Positions 38,206 to 48,659 of a stretch of 58,340 bases of DNA are shown piece after piece. The position numbers were made by a program, and so were the translations under genes. The notes under the pieces were generated by a model. The model was not told the origin of the DNA, ran no database searches, and saw only the letters and a list, made by a program, of their open reading frames with translations. The number at the start of each line of letters is the position of its first letter. Position 1 is the first letter of the stretch. Origin of the DNA: Patescibacteria group bacterium (GTDB lineage Bacteria > Patescibacteriota > Patescibacteriia > SG8-24); assembly GCA_034716415.1 (NCBI GenBank), contig JAYEJB010000071.1:1-58340 (forward strand). The letters are read 5' to 3'.

Positions 38206-38273
38206 CCACCCGCCGCCCAGCGGCGGATTTTTTATATGTCATCGCGCCCCACCTTTGGCGGGGTAGTTTTTAC

Positions 38274-38366
38274 TTGTCATTGCAAGGGAGGCCGCAGCCG
38301 ACCGCGACAATCCCGTCGGGAATGAACGGGATTGCTTCGTCGGCTACGGCCTCCTCGCAATGACAA
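38274..38366. repeat. Family-B REP-like palindrome
   Basis: TTGTCATTGCAAG...CTCGCAATGACAA between convergent genes. Confidence 0.88.
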
Positions 38367-38372
38367 CCATTG

Positions 38373-40361
38373 TCACATCTTTCGACTCTTCAACTCCTTA
38401 ATCTCATCCCTCAATATCGCCGCCAGTTCGAACTCCAAATTCTTGGCCGCTTCCCGCATCTGCTTCTCCTTCTCTTTGATGACTTCCCCGACCGGTCGGT
38501 CCTCGGCCGCGAGCTCCATCTCCAAGATGTCGGCGACTCGTTCGGCCGCAAAACCGATACCGGCCATCATGTCCTTGATCTCCTTCTCGATCGTCTTCGG
38601 GGTGATGCCGTGCCCCTCATTGTACTTGAGCTGTTTCTCCCGACGGCGTTCGGTCTCGGCGATAGCGCGGTGCATCGAACCGGTGATCCGGTCCGCATAC
38701 AGGATGACTTCACCTTTCACGTTTCGGGCCGCGCGACCGATGGTCTGGATGAGCGAGGTGTCGCTCCTAAGGAATCCTTCCTTGTCCGCGTCGAGTATCG
38801 CCACCAGCGTCACCTCCGGCAAGTCGAGTCCTTCGCGCAACAGGTTCACGCCGACGATGATATCGTGCGTGCCGCGCCGGAACTCGGTCAGCACCTTCAT
38901 CCGGTCGACGGTCTTCACGCCGCTGTGCAGGTACGACACCTTGAAGTCGCGTTCGCGCAGGTGCTCGTCCAGGTCCTCGGACATCTTCTTGGTGAGCGTG
39001 GTGACAAGCGCGCGACCGCCACCGTCGATGCATTCGCGCAGGCGGACGATGAGGTCGTCGACCTGACCGGGGTGATCGTCGGTCTCGGAGATCGGCACCA
39101 CGGTGACTTTCGGATCCACGAGTCCGGTCGGGCGGATGACCTGTTCGACCACGCGCTCCGACACCTCCCGCTCGTACTGACCGGGTGTCGCTGAGACGAA
39201 CACGACCTGCGGAACGCGCGCCGTGAACTCCGGAAACTTGAGTGGCCGGTTATCCTTGGCGCTCGGTAGACGAAAACCATACTCCACCAGATTCTTCTTC
39301 CGTGCCGCGTCACCATTGAACATCCCGCCGATCTGTGGGACCGTGACATGCGACTCGTCGATGACGCAAATAAAATCGTCCGGGAAGTATGACAGCAGGG
39401 TGTCCGGAGGATCACCTTCGTTGCGTCCGGACAGATGACGCGAATAGTTCTCGATACCGTTGCAGTAACCGATCTCGCGGATCATCGCCATATCGAAGTT
39501 GGTGCGCCGCTCAAGACGTTCGACCTCCAGCAGTTTCCCTTCTTTCTTGAACTTAGCGAGATGTTCGGTAAGTTCGGACTTGATGATTTTCAATGCGTGT
39601 TCGCGCTCTGGTCCGGGCGTGATGAAGTGTTTGGCCGGAAAGACCCAAGCATCTTCCTCTCGACTGCGTCTCTGTCGCGTCACCGGATCGATGATCGTCA
39701 GCTCCTTGATGACTCCGGCCGGCGCATCTACACGCACGATAAAATCCTCGGCCGCACACATGATTTCCAGCACGTCGCCGGTCATCCGGAACTGACTGCG
39801 CCCCAGGTCCATCCGCGTACGTTCGTACTGCATCTGCACCAACTGCCGCATCACCTCGGTGCGCGCGAACGGCTCCCCTTTCCGCAGACGCATATGCATC
39901 GCTTCATAGACCTTCGGTGCGCCGAGTCCGTAGATACAGGACACCGACGCCACGACGATCGTATCCTTCCGGGTCAAAAGCGACTGTGTCGCCCGGTGCC
40001 GCAGACGGTCGATCTCCTCGTTGATACTCGCCTCCTTCTCGATATAAGTATCCGATACCGGCATGTACGCCTCGGGCTGGTAGTAATCGTAGTAGGAGAC
40101 GAAATATTCGACCGCGTTCTCGGGGAAAAATTCGCGGAACTCATTGCAGAGCTGTGCGGCAAGCGTCTTGTTGGGCGCGATGACCAGCGTCGGTTTGCCG
40201 ATGTCCGCGATCGTATTCGCTATGGTGTAGGTCTTGCCCGATCCGGTGATGCCGAGGAGCGTCTGATAGCGCTCACCTGAACGCAAACCGTCCACGAGGC
40301 CCTTGATGGCCTGTGGCTGATCACCTTTCGGTTTGAACCCGGATTTGAGTTTGAATTCCAT
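38373..40361 (-). CDS. uvrB: Excinuclease ABC subunit B
   Basis: GDQPQAI, GITGSGKT, YYDYYQPEAY, DESH, SATPG, LLREGLD, QTIGRAARN, C-terminal UVR domain. Confidence 0.98.
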   Translation of the reverse strand: MEFKLKSGFKPKGDQPQAIKGLVDGLRSGERYQTLLGITGSGKTYTIANTIADIGKPTLVIAPNKTLAAQLCNEFREFFPENAVEYFVSYYDYYQPEAYMPVSDTYIEKEASINEEIDRLRHRATQSLLTRKDTIVVASVSCIYGLGAPKVYEAMHMRLRKGEPFARTEVMRQLVQMQYERTRMDLGRSQFRMTGDVLEIMCAAEDFIVRVDAPAGVIKELTIIDPVTRQRRSREEDAWVFPAKHFITPGPEREHALKIIKSELTEHLAKFKKEGKLLEVERLERRTNFDMAMIREIGYCNGIENYSRHLSGRNEGDPPDTLLSYFPDDFICVIDESHVTVPQIGGMFNGDAARKKNLVEYGFRLPSAKDNRPLKFPEFTARVPQVVFVSATPGQYEREVSERVVEQVIRPTGLVDPKVTVVPISETDDHPGQVDDLIVRLRECIDGGGRALVTTLTKKMSEDLDEHLRERDFKVSYLHSGVKTVDRMKVLTEFRRGTHDIIVGVNLLREGLDLPEVTLVAILDADKEGFLRSDTSLIQTIGRAARNVKGEVILYADRITGSMHRAIAETERRREKQLKYNEGHGITPKTIEKEIKDMMAGIGFAAERVADILEMELAAEDRPVGEVIKEKEKQMREAAKNLEFELAAILRDEIKELKSRKM

Positions 40362-40546
40362 ATTTCTATGAATACGACAATCGCCTAGAAGTCGGACTTC
40401 TAGGGGGTACATAGACGGTGATAATGTATGCTCCGCAAATTACGTAGAACGCGACACAACGGAACGCTGGTGACGATACAACGGATCAGCACCAGCGTCA
40501 AACCCCAAAAAGAAAAACCCGACATCTGATTGTCGGGTTCGGTGCA

Positions 40547-41089
40547 CTATTCGAAGTGCACGGTGCGTTTCATCTTGCCGACCACTCTGATCGGTGTCTC
40601 CACCAGCCGATCGACCTGGGCCGGATTTGTCCACCCTTCCTTCAGGGCTTTCTCGTTCGTTTCTCGAACGATGTCCTGAGCCTGACGTGTCGAGTATGTC
40701 GTAAACCCGACTATTTCCCCGGCAGGATCATAGATCCCGTCGTCCCGAAGCCGTCGTGCCCGCACGAACCAGCCTTGTTCCGAAAGGTATCTCGGCTCAT
40801 TTGTGTATATCCGCCCGTCATTCGACCAACTGATCTTTCGGTCGGATGGATGCGATTCCTCTACGACGAACTTCGCTTGACCGCGCGAATCATCGCGGCA
40901 ATCGTAATGCTGTTCATTGACCTCGATTGGCACGTCCATGACCCTGATCGGACCCACCGGGGCTTCCAACTCGTCGTTCTTGCCCCTTCTGTAGTATCGC
41001 CACCCGCGAGCGAAAGCCTCACAGACGATGACATCACCGACTTCCGGTCTGAGTGCAGTCCTGACATCCTCCTCGGAAAAAAGTTCCAT
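40547..41089 (-). CDS. Hypothetical protein (~180 aa)
   Basis: ATG after AGGAGG; promoter TTGACC(41146)-N17-TAACTT; terminator AACCCGACA..TGTCGGGTT-TTT downstream. Confidence 0.75.
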   Translation of the reverse strand: MELFSEEDVRTALRPEVGDVIVCEAFARGWRYYRRGKNDELEAPVGPIRVMDVPIEVNEQHYDCRDDSRGQAKFVVEESHPSDRKISWSNDGRIYTNEPRYLSEQGWFVRARRLRDDGIYDPAGEIVGFTTYSTRQAQDIVRETNEKALKEGWTNPAQVDRLVETPIRVVGKMKRTVHFE

Positions 41090-41158
41090 CGGTACCTCCT
41101 GAAACGAACTTAGAATGAAGTTAGCACGCGAATAACCGCAGGTCAATAGAGACACACT

Positions 41159-41278
41159 AACATGCTGAGGGCGGGATTGCCGCAGTCGCCTGCGGGCTCC
41201 CTCGCAATGACAAAAAAGGGTGCTTTACCCTCATTGTCATTGCGAGCGAAAGCGAAGCAATCCCGCCCTCAGCATGTT
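41159..41278. repeat. Composite family-B element with halves in inverted order and a 22-bp perfect outer inverted repeat
   Basis: AACATGCTGAGGGCGGGATTGC...GCAATCCCGCCCTCAGCATGTT enclosing CTCGCAATGACA then TGTCATTGCGAG. Confidence 0.88.
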
Positions 41279-41289
41279 GATATTCTAAC

Positions 41290-42639
41290 CTAAATTTCGT
41301 ATTCCTCCCCCATGACCGGAACGACTGATTCGGTGCCGGTGTTCTCCTGCCGCACCAGCTTGGCCAACGCTTCCGATGAATCACGTTCACCGTGGTTCAG
41401 GAACACCATGTTCGGCTCCTTCTTGGACGTGCCGAGCCAGCGTAGCATCTTGTCCTTGTCACCGTGCGCCGAGTAGGCGTCGATGCGGCGCACTTCGGCG
41501 TTGACTGCCACCTTCGCTCCGTCGATCTCGATAGTCTTCTTACCTTCCACGATCCTGCGGCCGCGCGTCTTCTCGGCCTGAAAACCGACCACTAACAACA
41601 TGTTCCGCTTATCCGGCAAGTACCTCGCCATGTGCCGCACGATACGCCCGCCACCCATCATCCCGCTACCGGCGATGATCACCTTCGGCGGCTTCACGTT
41701 ATCTATACCGAACGATTCCCTGCCCCGGCGCGTCACCTTCAGTCCCGGAAACCGGAAGAAGTCGTCGCCGGCGAGCATCGTCACATATGCCTCGTTGTCG
41801 TAATATTCCGGAAACCGTCGATAAACCGGCAGGATGTCGGTCGCCAGAGGCGCATCAAGAAACACCGGTATCGGCTGTAACGCGCCGCCCTCGACCATGC
41901 CGTTCATCTCATAAAGGATCTCTTGCGTGCGCTCGAGCGAAAAGGCCGGGATCATCAGCACGCCACCACGCTTCACCACGTCGGTCACGGCCTGCTTAAG
42001 CAGATCCGCCCGGCTGGCGGAACTCTCATGTGATCTGTCGCCGTAGGTCGATTCCATCACCACCACGTCGGCGCTCTTCAGCGGTTCGGTGTTACGGAGG
42101 ATCGGCACGTCGTCGTTGCCGATATCACCCGAAAATACGAAGTGCGCGCCTTTCACGTTCAGCTCGATGAACGCCGACCCGAGTATGTGTCCGGCGTCGC
42201 GAAAACGCGCCTTGATCCCACCCGGCAAGGTGAGGCTTTCGCCATACGTCACGCCGCGCAACAGCTTGAACGTCTTGGCGATATCACGCGAATCGTACAG
42301 CGGTCCGTCGCCCGAACCTTCGGTCTCCTCCGCCTGCACCTTGGCCGCGTCCTCCCACATGTATTTCGTCAGCTGCCGCGTCGCGTCGGTCGTGAACACC
42401 GAGCCCCGGAATCCCTCCTTCATCAGACGCGGTAACCGACCGATGTGATCCAGGTGCGCGTGCGTCAACAACACCGCGTCGAGCGATTTCGGATCGAACA
42501 AAAACTTGGCATGGTTCTTCTTACCCGCTTCATGACCGTGGAACATGCCGCAATCGACAAGGATGCGCGCCTTGCCCGTGTCGAGCATGGTGCACGATCC
42601 CGTGACCTCTCCTGCCGCTCCGAAAAATGTAAGTTTCAT
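41290..42639 (-). CDS. MBL-fold beta-CASP ribonuclease (YSH1/RNase J-like)
   Basis: GAAGEVTGS, THAHLDH.G, AGHILGS, FSGD.G, ESTYG, SAHGD. Confidence 0.93.
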   Translation of the reverse strand: MKLTFFGAAGEVTGSCTMLDTGKARILVDCGMFHGHEAGKKNHAKFLFDPKSLDAVLLTHAHLDHIGRLPRLMKEGFRGSVFTTDATRQLTKYMWEDAAKVQAEETEGSGDGPLYDSRDIAKTFKLLRGVTYGESLTLPGGIKARFRDAGHILGSAFIELNVKGAHFVFSGDIGNDDVPILRNTEPLKSADVVVMESTYGDRSHESSASRADLLKQAVTDVVKRGGVLMIPAFSLERTQEILYEMNGMVEGGALQPIPVFLDAPLATDILPVYRRFPEYYDNEAYVTMLAGDDFFRFPGLKVTRRGRESFGIDNVKPPKVIIAGSGMMGGGRIVRHMARYLPDKRNMLLVVGFQAEKTRGRRIVEGKKTIEIDGAKVAVNAEVRRIDAYSAHGDKDKMLRWLGTSKKEPNMVFLNHGERDSSEALAKLVRQENTGTESVVPVMGEEYEI

Positions 42640-42643
42640 ATGT

Positions 42644-44011
42644 TTACCATCTTACGCCGTGACCCATGAACTTCAGCAATTCGTGTTCGATGCCGTTCCT
42701 GCGGCAGATGTCCTGATAGACGAAATAACTGCGCCGCTGCGTCCGCTTCTGCGTTATGAAATCGACCGCGATCAATCCGAACCGCCCGGAAAAACCTTTC
42801 TCCCATTCGAAATTGTCCAACAGCGACCAGTGGAAATACCCACGCACGTCCGCGCCGGCCTGAATGGCGTGATAGACCTCTTTGAGCATCGATACGAGAG
42901 AGCGCGGGCGCTTACCGTCGTCCGCGCTGGCGATACCGTTTTCGGTGATATAGATCGGCAATCTGTAACGGTTCATCGACATGATCGCCTCGAAGATGCC
43001 GGGCGCGTGGATTTCCCAGCCGAGATCGCTGACCTCGCGGTTCTCGGTGTGCACCTCGAAAAAGAACTGCGACATCTTCGATGGTACGTACTTCACGCGG
43101 TAGTGAAAATAATAATTGATCCCTATGTAATCGTGGTGCCCGCGTGTCAGGAACATGAACATGCGGTTGAACATCAGGTCGGCGATACGGATGAAGTTGG
43201 CGTCCAACACCGAATAGCTACGGTATGGCTCGAAGGTGACGACGTTGTTGGAGAAACCGACCGGAATCTCATGCTCGGTTCGCTCCGCTTCTGCATGCAA
43301 CACCTTATACGCCGCCTTATGCGCCTTGGCGAGACGCAAGAATACGCGAGCCAGACGGAACTGATTCTTGACTCCCGGCGGCCAGACCCCGGAGCTGTAC
43401 GACTGTCCGGTATAGATGACCGGTTCGTTGATGGTGATCCAGAAATCGACGACATCGCTCAACTCGTGTGCCACGAACGCCGCGTAGCGCTCGAACTTGG
43501 CGACGGCCCGCGGCGCTTCCCAGCCGCCCTGTTCGGTAAACCACTGCGGTAAGGTGAAATGCCACAACGTGACCATGGTCTTCATGCCGCGTTTCCGCAA
43601 CGCTTCCAGCACGCGCCGATAATGCAACACCTCGTCCATGTCCCATTCCCCGTCCTTCGGTTCAATGCGCGCCCACTCGATGGAGATGCGGTGCGCGTTC
43701 GTCCCCAGCTCCGCCGCCAGATCGAAGTCTGCCTCATAGCGGCAGTAATGGTCGCACGCCTCGCCGGACACGCTCTCGTCGTAGATATGTCCCGGCTCCA
43801 ACTCCCATTTCCACCAGTCATTGTTGCGGTTGCCGCCTTCAACCTGATGCGCCGAGGTGGCCGTACCCCAAAGAAACCCCTCCGGATAGATACGGGGTTC
43901 GTGTATGTGCGGCCGCGCCTGCGGAACTTCATGCAGGTAAGCGAGTCGTTCTTCGTCCGAATCGCGCGGACCGTGATCGTGTTGATTCATCGAGTCTGCC
44001 ATCGTCGTCAA
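42644..44011 (-). CDS. Glycoside hydrolase family 1
   Basis: FLWGTATSAHQVEG, TINEP (acid/base), ITENG (nucleophile), WSLLDNFEW. Confidence 0.96.
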   Translation of the reverse strand: MTTMADSMNQHDHGPRDSDEERLAYLHEVPQARPHIHEPRIYPEGFLWGTATSAHQVEGGNRNNDWWKWELEPGHIYDESVSGEACDHYCRYEADFDLAAELGTNAHRISIEWARIEPKDGEWDMDEVLHYRRVLEALRKRGMKTMVTLWHFTLPQWFTEQGGWEAPRAVAKFERYAAFVAHELSDVVDFWITINEPVIYTGQSYSSGVWPPGVKNQFRLARVFLRLAKAHKAAYKVLHAEAERTEHEIPVGFSNNVVTFEPYRSYSVLDANFIRIADLMFNRMFMFLTRGHHDYIGINYYFHYRVKYVPSKMSQFFFEVHTENREVSDLGWEIHAPGIFEAIMSMNRYRLPIYITENGIASADDGKRPRSLVSMLKEVYHAIQAGADVRGYFHWSLLDNFEWEKGFSGRFGLIAVDFITQKRTQRRSYFVYQDICRRNGIEHELLKFMGHGVRW

Positions 44012-44451
44012 TACATCGGTTCGTTTTCCTCCTCTGGGTCGTTACCCTCGTAGTCATCGCGGCCATCGCTCCTAGCACCTTTCTCTTCCGGTGTGCCCTC
44101 ATCGACGATATCATCGACGCTCGGCATCGATATGGTGCACCACTGATCGAAACCACCGGCCAGAAACTCGACCTCCTCGTAGCCCATTTCAGTGAGTTCT
44201 TCGTGAATGAATCCTATCTCGGATTCGAGAGTGGCTCCGACCACGACGATGACCTTGTGACTCTTATGCGGGACGATGTTTTCGATGTTATCCGTAAGCT
44301 CACGTCGCGGAACGTTGTGCGACCCCTCGATGTGGCCGGCGTCGTATTCGAGCGTATCACGCAGATCCACGACCGTGTGGTCCGGACCGCCTTCCTGCTT
44401 TATCTTCTGCAAGTGCTCGCAAGTGATGTGTGGTATTTTCTTGTCTGGCAT
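44008..44451 (-). CDS. Rhodanese-like domain protein lacking the catalytic Cys
   Basis: VVDLR..EY.AGHIEGS.N, LAGGFDQW; active-site loop VVVGAT; acidic tail. Confidence 0.85.
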   Translation of the reverse strand: MPDKKIPHITCEHLQKIKQEGGPDHTVVDLRDTLEYDAGHIEGSHNVPRRELTDNIENIVPHKSHKVIVVVGATLESEIGFIHEELTEMGYEEVEFLAGGFDQWCTISMPSVDDIVDEGTPEEKGARSDGRDDYEGNDPEEENEPMY

Positions 44452-44664
44452 ATTCTCTATTTAAGTATCCGTCATTGTAGCAAGGGGAAGGTAAAAAAGT
44501 CTAAAAGCTTATTATATTTCCTACAGCTTTTCAGCTTTCTATCCCGCCCCGTCTTGCCTGTCCTGAGCCACGTCGAAGGGCCCCGTTTTTCTGCTCTTCC
44601 CGCTAGCCCGACATCCGCCGGGCGGTTCCCGCTTCTCCCGCTTCTGCCCCTTCTCCCACTCCCC

Positions 44665-47385
44665 CTACGCCCACGAATGCGGGATGTATCCCCGACGCGC
44701 GAACACCTTATATATCTCAACCACAAACAGTACCGAGCTCGTCACTACGGCGATCAACAGCCACTCATACCAGCCGAGCGGTGCGGTGCGGAAGACTTTC
44801 TGTAACGGCGGAAGATACAACACGGCGAACTGCAGTCCCAGCGACGCCACCACCGACCAGAACACGTACATGTTCGTGAACAGTCCGATCTTGAAGAGCG
44901 ACTCCTTGATGGATCTCATGTTGAAGACGTTCCAGAGCTGGAACACCGCCATGGTGGTAAAGGCGACGGAGCGCGCGTAGGTCAGATCCCCCCTGTCGAG
45001 CGCCCACTTGAACAGGAGCAACGTGCCGACGGCCATCAGCACACTCGTGATGACGGTCAGAAGCAAGACGTTCTTGGAGAGGATCGGTGTCTTGCTACAG
45101 CGCGGCGATTCTTTCAGGACGCCGCCACGCCGTTTTTCGGTGGCGAGCGCGACATCCGGAAAACCGTCCGTCACCAGATTCATCCAAAGTATCTGCGCGG
45201 GCAACAACGGCAGCGGAAAACGCAAAGCCATGCTGGCGAGAATGGTCACGACCTCGCCGATATTGGTCATGAACAGATAGGCGACGGTCTGCTTGACGTT
45301 GCGGAAGATGATCCTCCCCTCCTCTATCGCGCCGATGATGGACACGAAATTATCGTCGGCGAGCACCATATCCGCGACATCCTTCGATACGTCGGTGCCG
45401 GTGATACCCATCGAGATGCCGATCGCCGCGCGTTTCAACGCGGGCGCGTCGTTCACGCCGTCGCCAGTCATGGCCACGGTATGCCCCCGGTCCTGTAATC
45501 GGTCTACGACGCGCAGTTTGGTATCAGGCGACACCCGCGCGAAAATTACGACGTCGTCCAGCGCACGGTCGAATTCCGCGTCGTTCATATCGCGTATATC
45601 CGCGTCCGTGTATACACCCTTGATCTCACCCCGTTCGTTCCGACTGATGATGCCTACCTCGCGGGCGATGGCCAGGGCCGTGGCCTTCTGATCCCCTGTC
45701 GCCATGATGATGCGCACCCCCGCGCTTCTGGCATCCTCGACGGCGTCGGCTACGCCCGCGCGCGGCGGATCTATCATCCCGATGAGGCCCAGGAACGAAA
45801 GATCGCTGACGTCCTTGTCGCCCAGGCTGTCCTGTTTCAGATCCGCTTCCCTATACGCGACAGCAATGACGCGCATGGCGCCGGCGGCCATGCCTTCATT
45901 GGCCGAACTGAGACAGGCCATGTCGTCAGGCACCAGACATTGACTTCCGTGTTCGGCGACGATATATGAACTGCGTCCGGACAGGACCTCGAACGCGCCG
46001 ACCGTAAAGACATGACGCATGACATTACCGCGCAGGTCGGTGCTCTCCACCAACATCGCCCGATACATCCTCGATGAACTGAACGGAATCTCGTCGATGA
46101 CGCGATACTCGCTCATCATCTCCTGTTTGTCGAATCCGGCCTTCGCTCCCGCGACCACCATCGCCCCTTCGGTCGGATCGCCGATGACCGCGGCGCGTCC
46201 GTCCTTCCTCACGAGCCGCGCCTTGTTGCAGACCGTGGCCACCTTGAGGAGCAGGTTGAGTTGTGCATTCTCGGCCGGGCGGACCTTCTTCTTCTCCATG
46301 TAGAAATCTCCTCCCGGCTCCCAACCCTCGCCGGTCACGCGATAGCTCAGGCAAGACGTGGCGATCTCACGCACCGTCATCTTGTTCTCGGTGAGCGTGC
46401 CGGTCTTGTCGGTACAGATGACGTCCGCGACACCCAACGTCTCGACAGAGGGCACGTGCCGAATGATGGCGTTGCGTTTGGCCATCCGCCGCACGCCGAT
46501 CGCCAAGACGACCGCCAGCACCGCCGGAAGACCCTCCGGAATCACCGACACGACGAGCGCGACGGCGAAAAAGAACATCTCCGATACGGGCGTACCGCGC
46601 AAGTAGCCGAAGACGAAGACGATCATCGCCAAAACTATCGAAACGATACCCAAAGTCTGACCGAGCGAATCTATCCTGATCTCGAGCGGAGCCTTCTCGT
46701 GCTCGATATCCTTGAGCGAAGAGGCGATACTGCCGAACTGCGTCTTCAGACCGGTCCCCGCAATGACGGCACGGCATGTCCCAGCGACGACCGAGGTGCC
46801 CATCCAGATCATGTCGGTCCTGTCGGGGATTCCGATGTCAGTCGCGACCGGGTCGGATGATTTCGAGACCGCCGACGATTCGCCTGTAAGCGCGGCCTCG
46901 TCGGTGCGCAGATCCTTACTTGAGATCAACCTGGCATCGGCCGGAACCTTGTCCCCCTCCTCGAGCATAATGATATCGCCCGGCACCAAGAGCGCCGAAT
47001 CGAAACGATGCGCCTCTCCGTCGCGCATCACGGTCGCTTCGAAGACGACCATCTGCCGCAACTTCTCGATAGCGCCCTCCGCCTTGCGCTCCTGCCAAAA
47101 ACCGAATCCCGCGTCGATGAACACCGCGAGCAGGATGCCATAGGCGTCATTAGGATGACCGGAAGCGAAAGATACGGCCGCCGCAATGAACAGTACATAC
47201 GTCAGCCGGCTATGGAATTGACTCAACACTAACCACAGCAGACTCTTCTTCTTCCCTTCGGGTAGCTCGTTGCGACCGTATTCGTCCAGACGGACGGCCG
47301 CCTCCTCCGAAGACAGTCCGCCGTCGACATCCGTCCCCAACGCGGCGATGACCTTATCGATATCTTTGTCGTGATAGCTGTTCAT
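44665..47385 (-). CDS. Type II (Ca2+-like) P-type ATPase
   Basis: TGES, PEGL, DKTGTLT, GDPTE, DPPR, TGDGVNDAPAL, MNLVTD. Confidence 0.96.
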   Translation of the reverse strand: MNSYHDKDIDKVIAALGTDVDGGLSSEEAAVRLDEYGRNELPEGKKKSLLWLVLSQFHSRLTYVLFIAAAVSFASGHPNDAYGILLAVFIDAGFGFWQERKAEGAIEKLRQMVVFEATVMRDGEAHRFDSALLVPGDIIMLEEGDKVPADARLISSKDLRTDEAALTGESSAVSKSSDPVATDIGIPDRTDMIWMGTSVVAGTCRAVIAGTGLKTQFGSIASSLKDIEHEKAPLEIRIDSLGQTLGIVSIVLAMIVFVFGYLRGTPVSEMFFFAVALVVSVIPEGLPAVLAVVLAIGVRRMAKRNAIIRHVPSVETLGVADVICTDKTGTLTENKMTVREIATSCLSYRVTGEGWEPGGDFYMEKKKVRPAENAQLNLLLKVATVCNKARLVRKDGRAAVIGDPTEGAMVVAGAKAGFDKQEMMSEYRVIDEIPFSSSRMYRAMLVESTDLRGNVMRHVFTVGAFEVLSGRSSYIVAEHGSQCLVPDDMACLSSANEGMAAGAMRVIAVAYREADLKQDSLGDKDVSDLSFLGLIGMIDPPRAGVADAVEDARSAGVRIIMATGDQKATALAIAREVGIISRNERGEIKGVYTDADIRDMNDAEFDRALDDVVIFARVSPDTKLRVVDRLQDRGHTVAMTGDGVNDAPALKRAAIGISMGITGTDVSKDVADMVLADDNFVSIIGAIEEGRIIFRNVKQTVAYLFMTNIGEVVTILASMALRFPLPLLPAQILWMNLVTDGFPDVALATEKRRGGVLKESPRCSKTPILSKNVLLLTVITSVLMAVGTLLLFKWALDRGDLTYARSVAFTTMAVFQLWNVFNMRSIKESLFKIGLFTNMYVFWSVVASLGLQFAVLYLPPLQKVFRTAPLGWYEWLLIAVVTSSVLFVVEIYKVFARRGYIPHSWA

Positions 47386-48344
47386 ACTCTCCCTTGCGCG
47401 ACTGAATAACCTATGTATAGACAATACAATGCCACGAATCCGAGCCCCTGCCACCTTTCGATCATGTGTTTCTTGCCGACGAACAAAAACAGGAACAGCA
47501 GTAGCGTAATGACGATATTGAATCCCGCGTCGAAAAGCGCCGGAGACGAGAACGGTAGCGGCATGATCGTGGCGCTGATACCGAGCACCATGAAGACGTT
47601 CAGGATGTTGGAGCCGACGATGTTCCCGACCGCCATGTCCGACTGTTTCCGTAACGCGGCCACGACCGACGTCACGAGTTCGGGCAACGAAGTGCCGAGC
47701 GCGACCACGGTCAGACCGATGACGCGCGATGACATGCCGAGCGCCGTGGCCAGTCCGACCGCGCCTTCGATGACCACCTTGCCGCCGGCGACTAGCAACA
47801 ATATGCCGGCGACGATATATATCACCATCTTGGCTTTACTCATCTTCGGCACGGCCTCAAATTGTGTCCTACCCTTCTTCGCCATCCCGAATATGTAATA
47901 GAGGAAGATAAACGTGAATGAGACCAACACCAGACCGTCACCGCGACTGATGACGTTGCCGCTCATTCGGTCAAGCGCCATGTCACTCGCCATGATGGAG
48001 ACAAGCACGACCGCCAGCAGCGCGTACGGAATCTCCTTCCAGATCGTGGAGTGATGCACGCGCAACGGGAAAAGCACGGCGGACACACCCAACACGAGAG
48101 CGATGTTCGAGATGTTGCTGCCGATGATGTTGCCGACGGCGATATCGGTCGTACCGCTCAAAGCGGCGAATACGTTCACGACGAGCTCGGGCATCGACGT
48201 GCCGAGCGCTACGACCGTAAGTCCCACCAAGAGCGTCGAAATACCCATGCGCTTGGCCAATGACGACGCGCCACCCACAAGCAGGTCCGCCCCCTTGACC
48301 AGGAGGACGAATCCGACCGCGACGATAATGAAATTCAATAGCAT
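47382..48344 (-). CDS. Calcium/sodium antiporter (CaCA, YrbG-like)
   Basis: Two alpha repeats GTSMPEL/GNIIGSN and GTSLPEL/GNIVGSN; overlaps the ATPase start (ATGA). Confidence 0.94.
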   Translation of the reverse strand: MLLNFIIVAVGFVLLVKGADLLVGGASSLAKRMGISTLLVGLTVVALGTSMPELVVNVFAALSGTTDIAVGNIIGSNISNIALVLGVSAVLFPLRVHHSTIWKEIPYALLAVVLVSIMASDMALDRMSGNVISRGDGLVLVSFTFIFLYYIFGMAKKGRTQFEAVPKMSKAKMVIYIVAGILLLVAGGKVVIEGAVGLATALGMSSRVIGLTVVALGTSLPELVTSVVAALRKQSDMAVGNIVGSNILNVFMVLGISATIMPLPFSSPALFDAGFNIVITLLLFLFLFVGKKHMIERWQGLGFVALYCLYIGYSVAQGRV

Positions 48345-48356
48345 AACGACGGTATG

Positions 48357-48650
48357 TTACTCGACTCGGCACCGCTCAGCGATGTCGTTTTCATATTCCG
48401 GGAAATAACGCAGAATTTCCGATATGGGAAAGCTGCCGAGAATCGATTCCTTGGATTCACGCTCCAGCAGGAAACGGAACGATTCCTCCACGAATCGCTC
48501 GCCGGTCACGCCTTCACCCACCAGACCGGTCAATTCCGCTCCGCTGACCGTCACGACGTGCTCCGTCGAAGAATCGCCGTCAATCACAGTGACAGAATAG
48601 AAGGACCTGCCTTCATTACCCCCTGTTTTCTTCACTTCGATTTTCGACAT
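48357..48650 (-). CDS. Conserved hypothetical protein (97 aa)
   Basis: H.VTV, SFRFLLERE.KESIL, I.RYFPEYE pattern. Confidence 0.75.
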   Translation of the reverse strand: MSKIEVKKTGGNEGRSFYSVTVIDGDSSTEHVVTVSGAELTGLVGEGVTGERFVEESFRFLLERESKESILGSFPISEILRYFPEYENDIAERCRVE

Positions 48651-48659
48651 GTGTCGTAT

